Source: Mobula hypostoma (lineage: Eukaryota). From it: 64,000 nucleotides of DNA. Location: NCBI RefSeq assembly GCF_963921235.1, contig NC_086097.1, positions 50,718,001 to 50,782,000 of the forward strand, written 5' to 3'. The notes under the pieces were generated by a model, which was not told the origin of the DNA, searched no databases, and worked only from the letters and a program-made list of their open reading frames with translations. Below are positions 61,592 to 64,000 of the stretch, in pieces (within the stretch, counting starts at the first letter, position 1; each line of letters begins with the position of its first letter). The translations under genes and the position numbers were made by a program.

Positions 61592-64000
61592 AAGACCATA
61601 AGATATAGGAGCAGAAGTAGGCCATTTGGCCCATCGAGTCTGCTCCGCCATTCAATCATGGGCTGATCCAATTCTTCCAGTCATCCTCACTCCATTGTTG
61701 GTAGAATCTCAGGTGGTGACGACAGGGCATAGAGGAGTGAGATATGCCAACTAGTGGAATGGGGCCACAGCAACAACCTGGCACTCAACATCAGTAAGAT
61801 GAAAGAGCTGATTGTGGACTTCAGGAAAGTAAGACGAAAGAACACATACCAATCCTCATAGACGGACCAGAAGTGGAGAGAGTGAGTAGCTTCAAGTTCC
61901 GAGGTGTCAAGATCGCTGAGGATCTAACCTGGTCCCAACATATCGATGTAGTTATAAAGAAGGCAAGACAGCGGCTATACTTTATGAGAGTTTGAAGAGA
62001 TTTGGCATGTCAACATGTACACTCAAAGACTTCTATAGTTGTACCGTGGACAGCATTCTGACAGGTTGCATCACTGTCTGGTATGGAGGGGCTACTGCAC
62101 AGGACCGAAAGAAGCTGCAGGGGGTTGTAAATCTAGTCAGCTCCATCTTGGGCACTAGCCCACAAAGTACCCAGGACATCTTAAGGGAGTGGTGTCTCGG
62201 AAAGACAGCGTCCATTATTAAGGACCTCCAGCACCCAGGGCATGTCCTTTTCTCACTGTCACCATCAGGTAGGAGGTACAGAAACCTGAAGGCACACACT
62301 CAGTGATTCAGGAACAGCTTCTTCCCCTCTGCCATCGGATTCCTAAATGGACATTGAATCTTTGGACACTATCTCACTTTTAAAAAAAACTATACAGTAT
62401 TTCTGTTTTTGCATGTTTTTTAAATCTATTCAATATACGTAATTGATTTACTTGTTTATTTATTATCATGTTTTTTTTAAATTCATTTTTTTTCTCTGCT
62501 AGACTATGTATTGCATTGAACTTCTGCTGCTAAGATAACAAATTTCACGTCACATGCCGGTGAGAATAAACCTGATTCTGATTCCCTTGTCTTCTCCCTG
62601 TATTCTTTGCTGCCCTGGGCTAATCAAGAATCTATCTATCTCTGCCTTAAATGCACCCAATGACTTGGCCTCCACAGCCGCTCATGGCAACAAATTCCAC
62701 AGATTTACCACCCTCTGACTAAAGTAATTTCTCCACATCTCTGCTGTAAATGGACGTCCTTCAATCCTGAAGTCGTGCCCTCTTGTCTGAGACTCCTTTA
62801 CCATGGGAAATAACTTTGCCATATCTAATCTGTTCAGGCTTTTTAACATCTGGAATGTTTCTATGAGATACCCCCCACATTCTACTGAAATCCAGGGAAT
62901 ATAGCCCAAGAGCTGCCAAACATTCCTCATAGTGTAACCCTTTCATTCCTGGAATCATTATTGTGAATCTTCTCTGAACCCCCTCCAATGTCAGTATACC
63001 CTTTCTAAGATATGGAGCCCAAATCTGCACACAATACTCCAAGTGTGGTCTCACAAATGCCTTATAGAGCCTCAAGGTCACATCCCTGCTCTTATAATCT
63101 ATACCTCAAGAAATAAATACCAACATTGCATTTGCCTTCTGCACCACTGACTCACCCTGGAGGTTAACCTTTAGGGTTTACATCTCTGCATTTTGAATTC
63201 TCTCTCCCATCTAAATAATAGTCTGCCTGTTTATTTCTTCCACCAAAGTGCATGACCATACACTTTCCAATATTGTATTTCACTTGCCACTTCTTTGCCC
63301 ATTCCCCTAAACTATCTAAGTCTCTCTGCAGGTTCTCTGTTTCCTCAACACCACCCACTCCTCCACCTATCTTTGTATCATCGGCAAATTTAGCCACAAA
63401 TCCATTAATCCCATAGTCCAAATCATTGACATACATCATAAGAAGCAGCGGTCCCACCACCGATCCCTGTGGAACTCTATTGGTAACTGGCAGCCAGCCA
63501 GAATAGGATCCCTTTATTCTCACTGTTTGTTTTCTGCAGACCAGCCAATGCTCCACCCATGCTAGTAACTTCCCTGTAATTCCATGGGATCTTATCTTGC
63601 GAAGCAGCCTCATGTACGGCAGCTGGAAAGACCTTCTGAAAATCCAAGTACACCACACCTACTGCATCTCCTTTGTCTACCCTGCTTGTAATTTCCTCAA
63701 AAAATTGCAGTAGGTCTGTCAGGCAGGTTTTTCTTTCAGGAGACCATGCTGGCTTTGGCCTATCTTCTCATGTGCCTCCAGGTACTCCGTAATCTCATCC
63801 CTAACAATCGATTCCAACAACTTCCCAACCACTGACGTCAGGCTAACAGGTCTATAGTTTTCTTTCTGCTGTCTCCCACCCTTCTTAAATAGCGGAGTAA
63901 CATTTGCAATTTTCCAGTCATCCGGTGCAATGCTAGAATCTATCGATTCTTGTTAGTGCCTCCGCCATCTCTCCAGCTACTTCCTTCAGAACCCGAAGGT
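61592..64000 (-). mobile_element. CR1 LINE running off the window, interrupted at 61694-62584
   Basis: VPQGSVVGPLL, KFADDTKIGG and LYKAFVRPHLEYC; 3' UTR split between 61592-61693 and 62585 onward. Confidence 0.92.
61694..62584 (+). mobile_element. Rex/Babar LINE 3' fragment nested in a CR1 3' UTR
   Basis: FYSCTVDSILTGCITVWYG...HPGHVLFSLSPSGRRYR; ends aataaacctgattctgatt. Confidence 0.85.

Overview
Vertebrate genomic DNA, not prokaryotic. It is probably from a cartilaginous fish such as a ray or shark, inferred from the repeat families. Two host genes lie on the minus strand. The last seven coding exons of L2HGDH (L-2-hydroxyglutarate dehydrogenase; 60592->41726) splice with GT-AG ends into one open frame of 984 nt. 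About 37 kb downstream are the CpG-rich promoter and first coding exon of a Son-of-sevenless gene (4383->4306), most likely SOS2 by synteny. Much of the rest is transposable-element debris: CR1 and Rex/Babar LINEs, RTE and Tx1 fragments, a decayed hAT transposase, a hAT MITE, SINEs and solo LTRs. The most notable structures are two young Penelope-like (GIY-YIG, Neptune-type) insertions. Each is a fold-back of two 420-540 bp inverted arms with a 13-14 bp target-site duplication, and each arm carries a minimal type I hammerhead ribozyme motif. One sits about 100 nt from the 35-nt L2HGDH exon. Decayed or variant copies of the same module are scattered through the window. These are known element classes, and I cannot claim a truly new system from sequence alone. 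Most ORF-track entries are TE fragments or noise. Repeat boundaries are approximate unless a TSD is stated.
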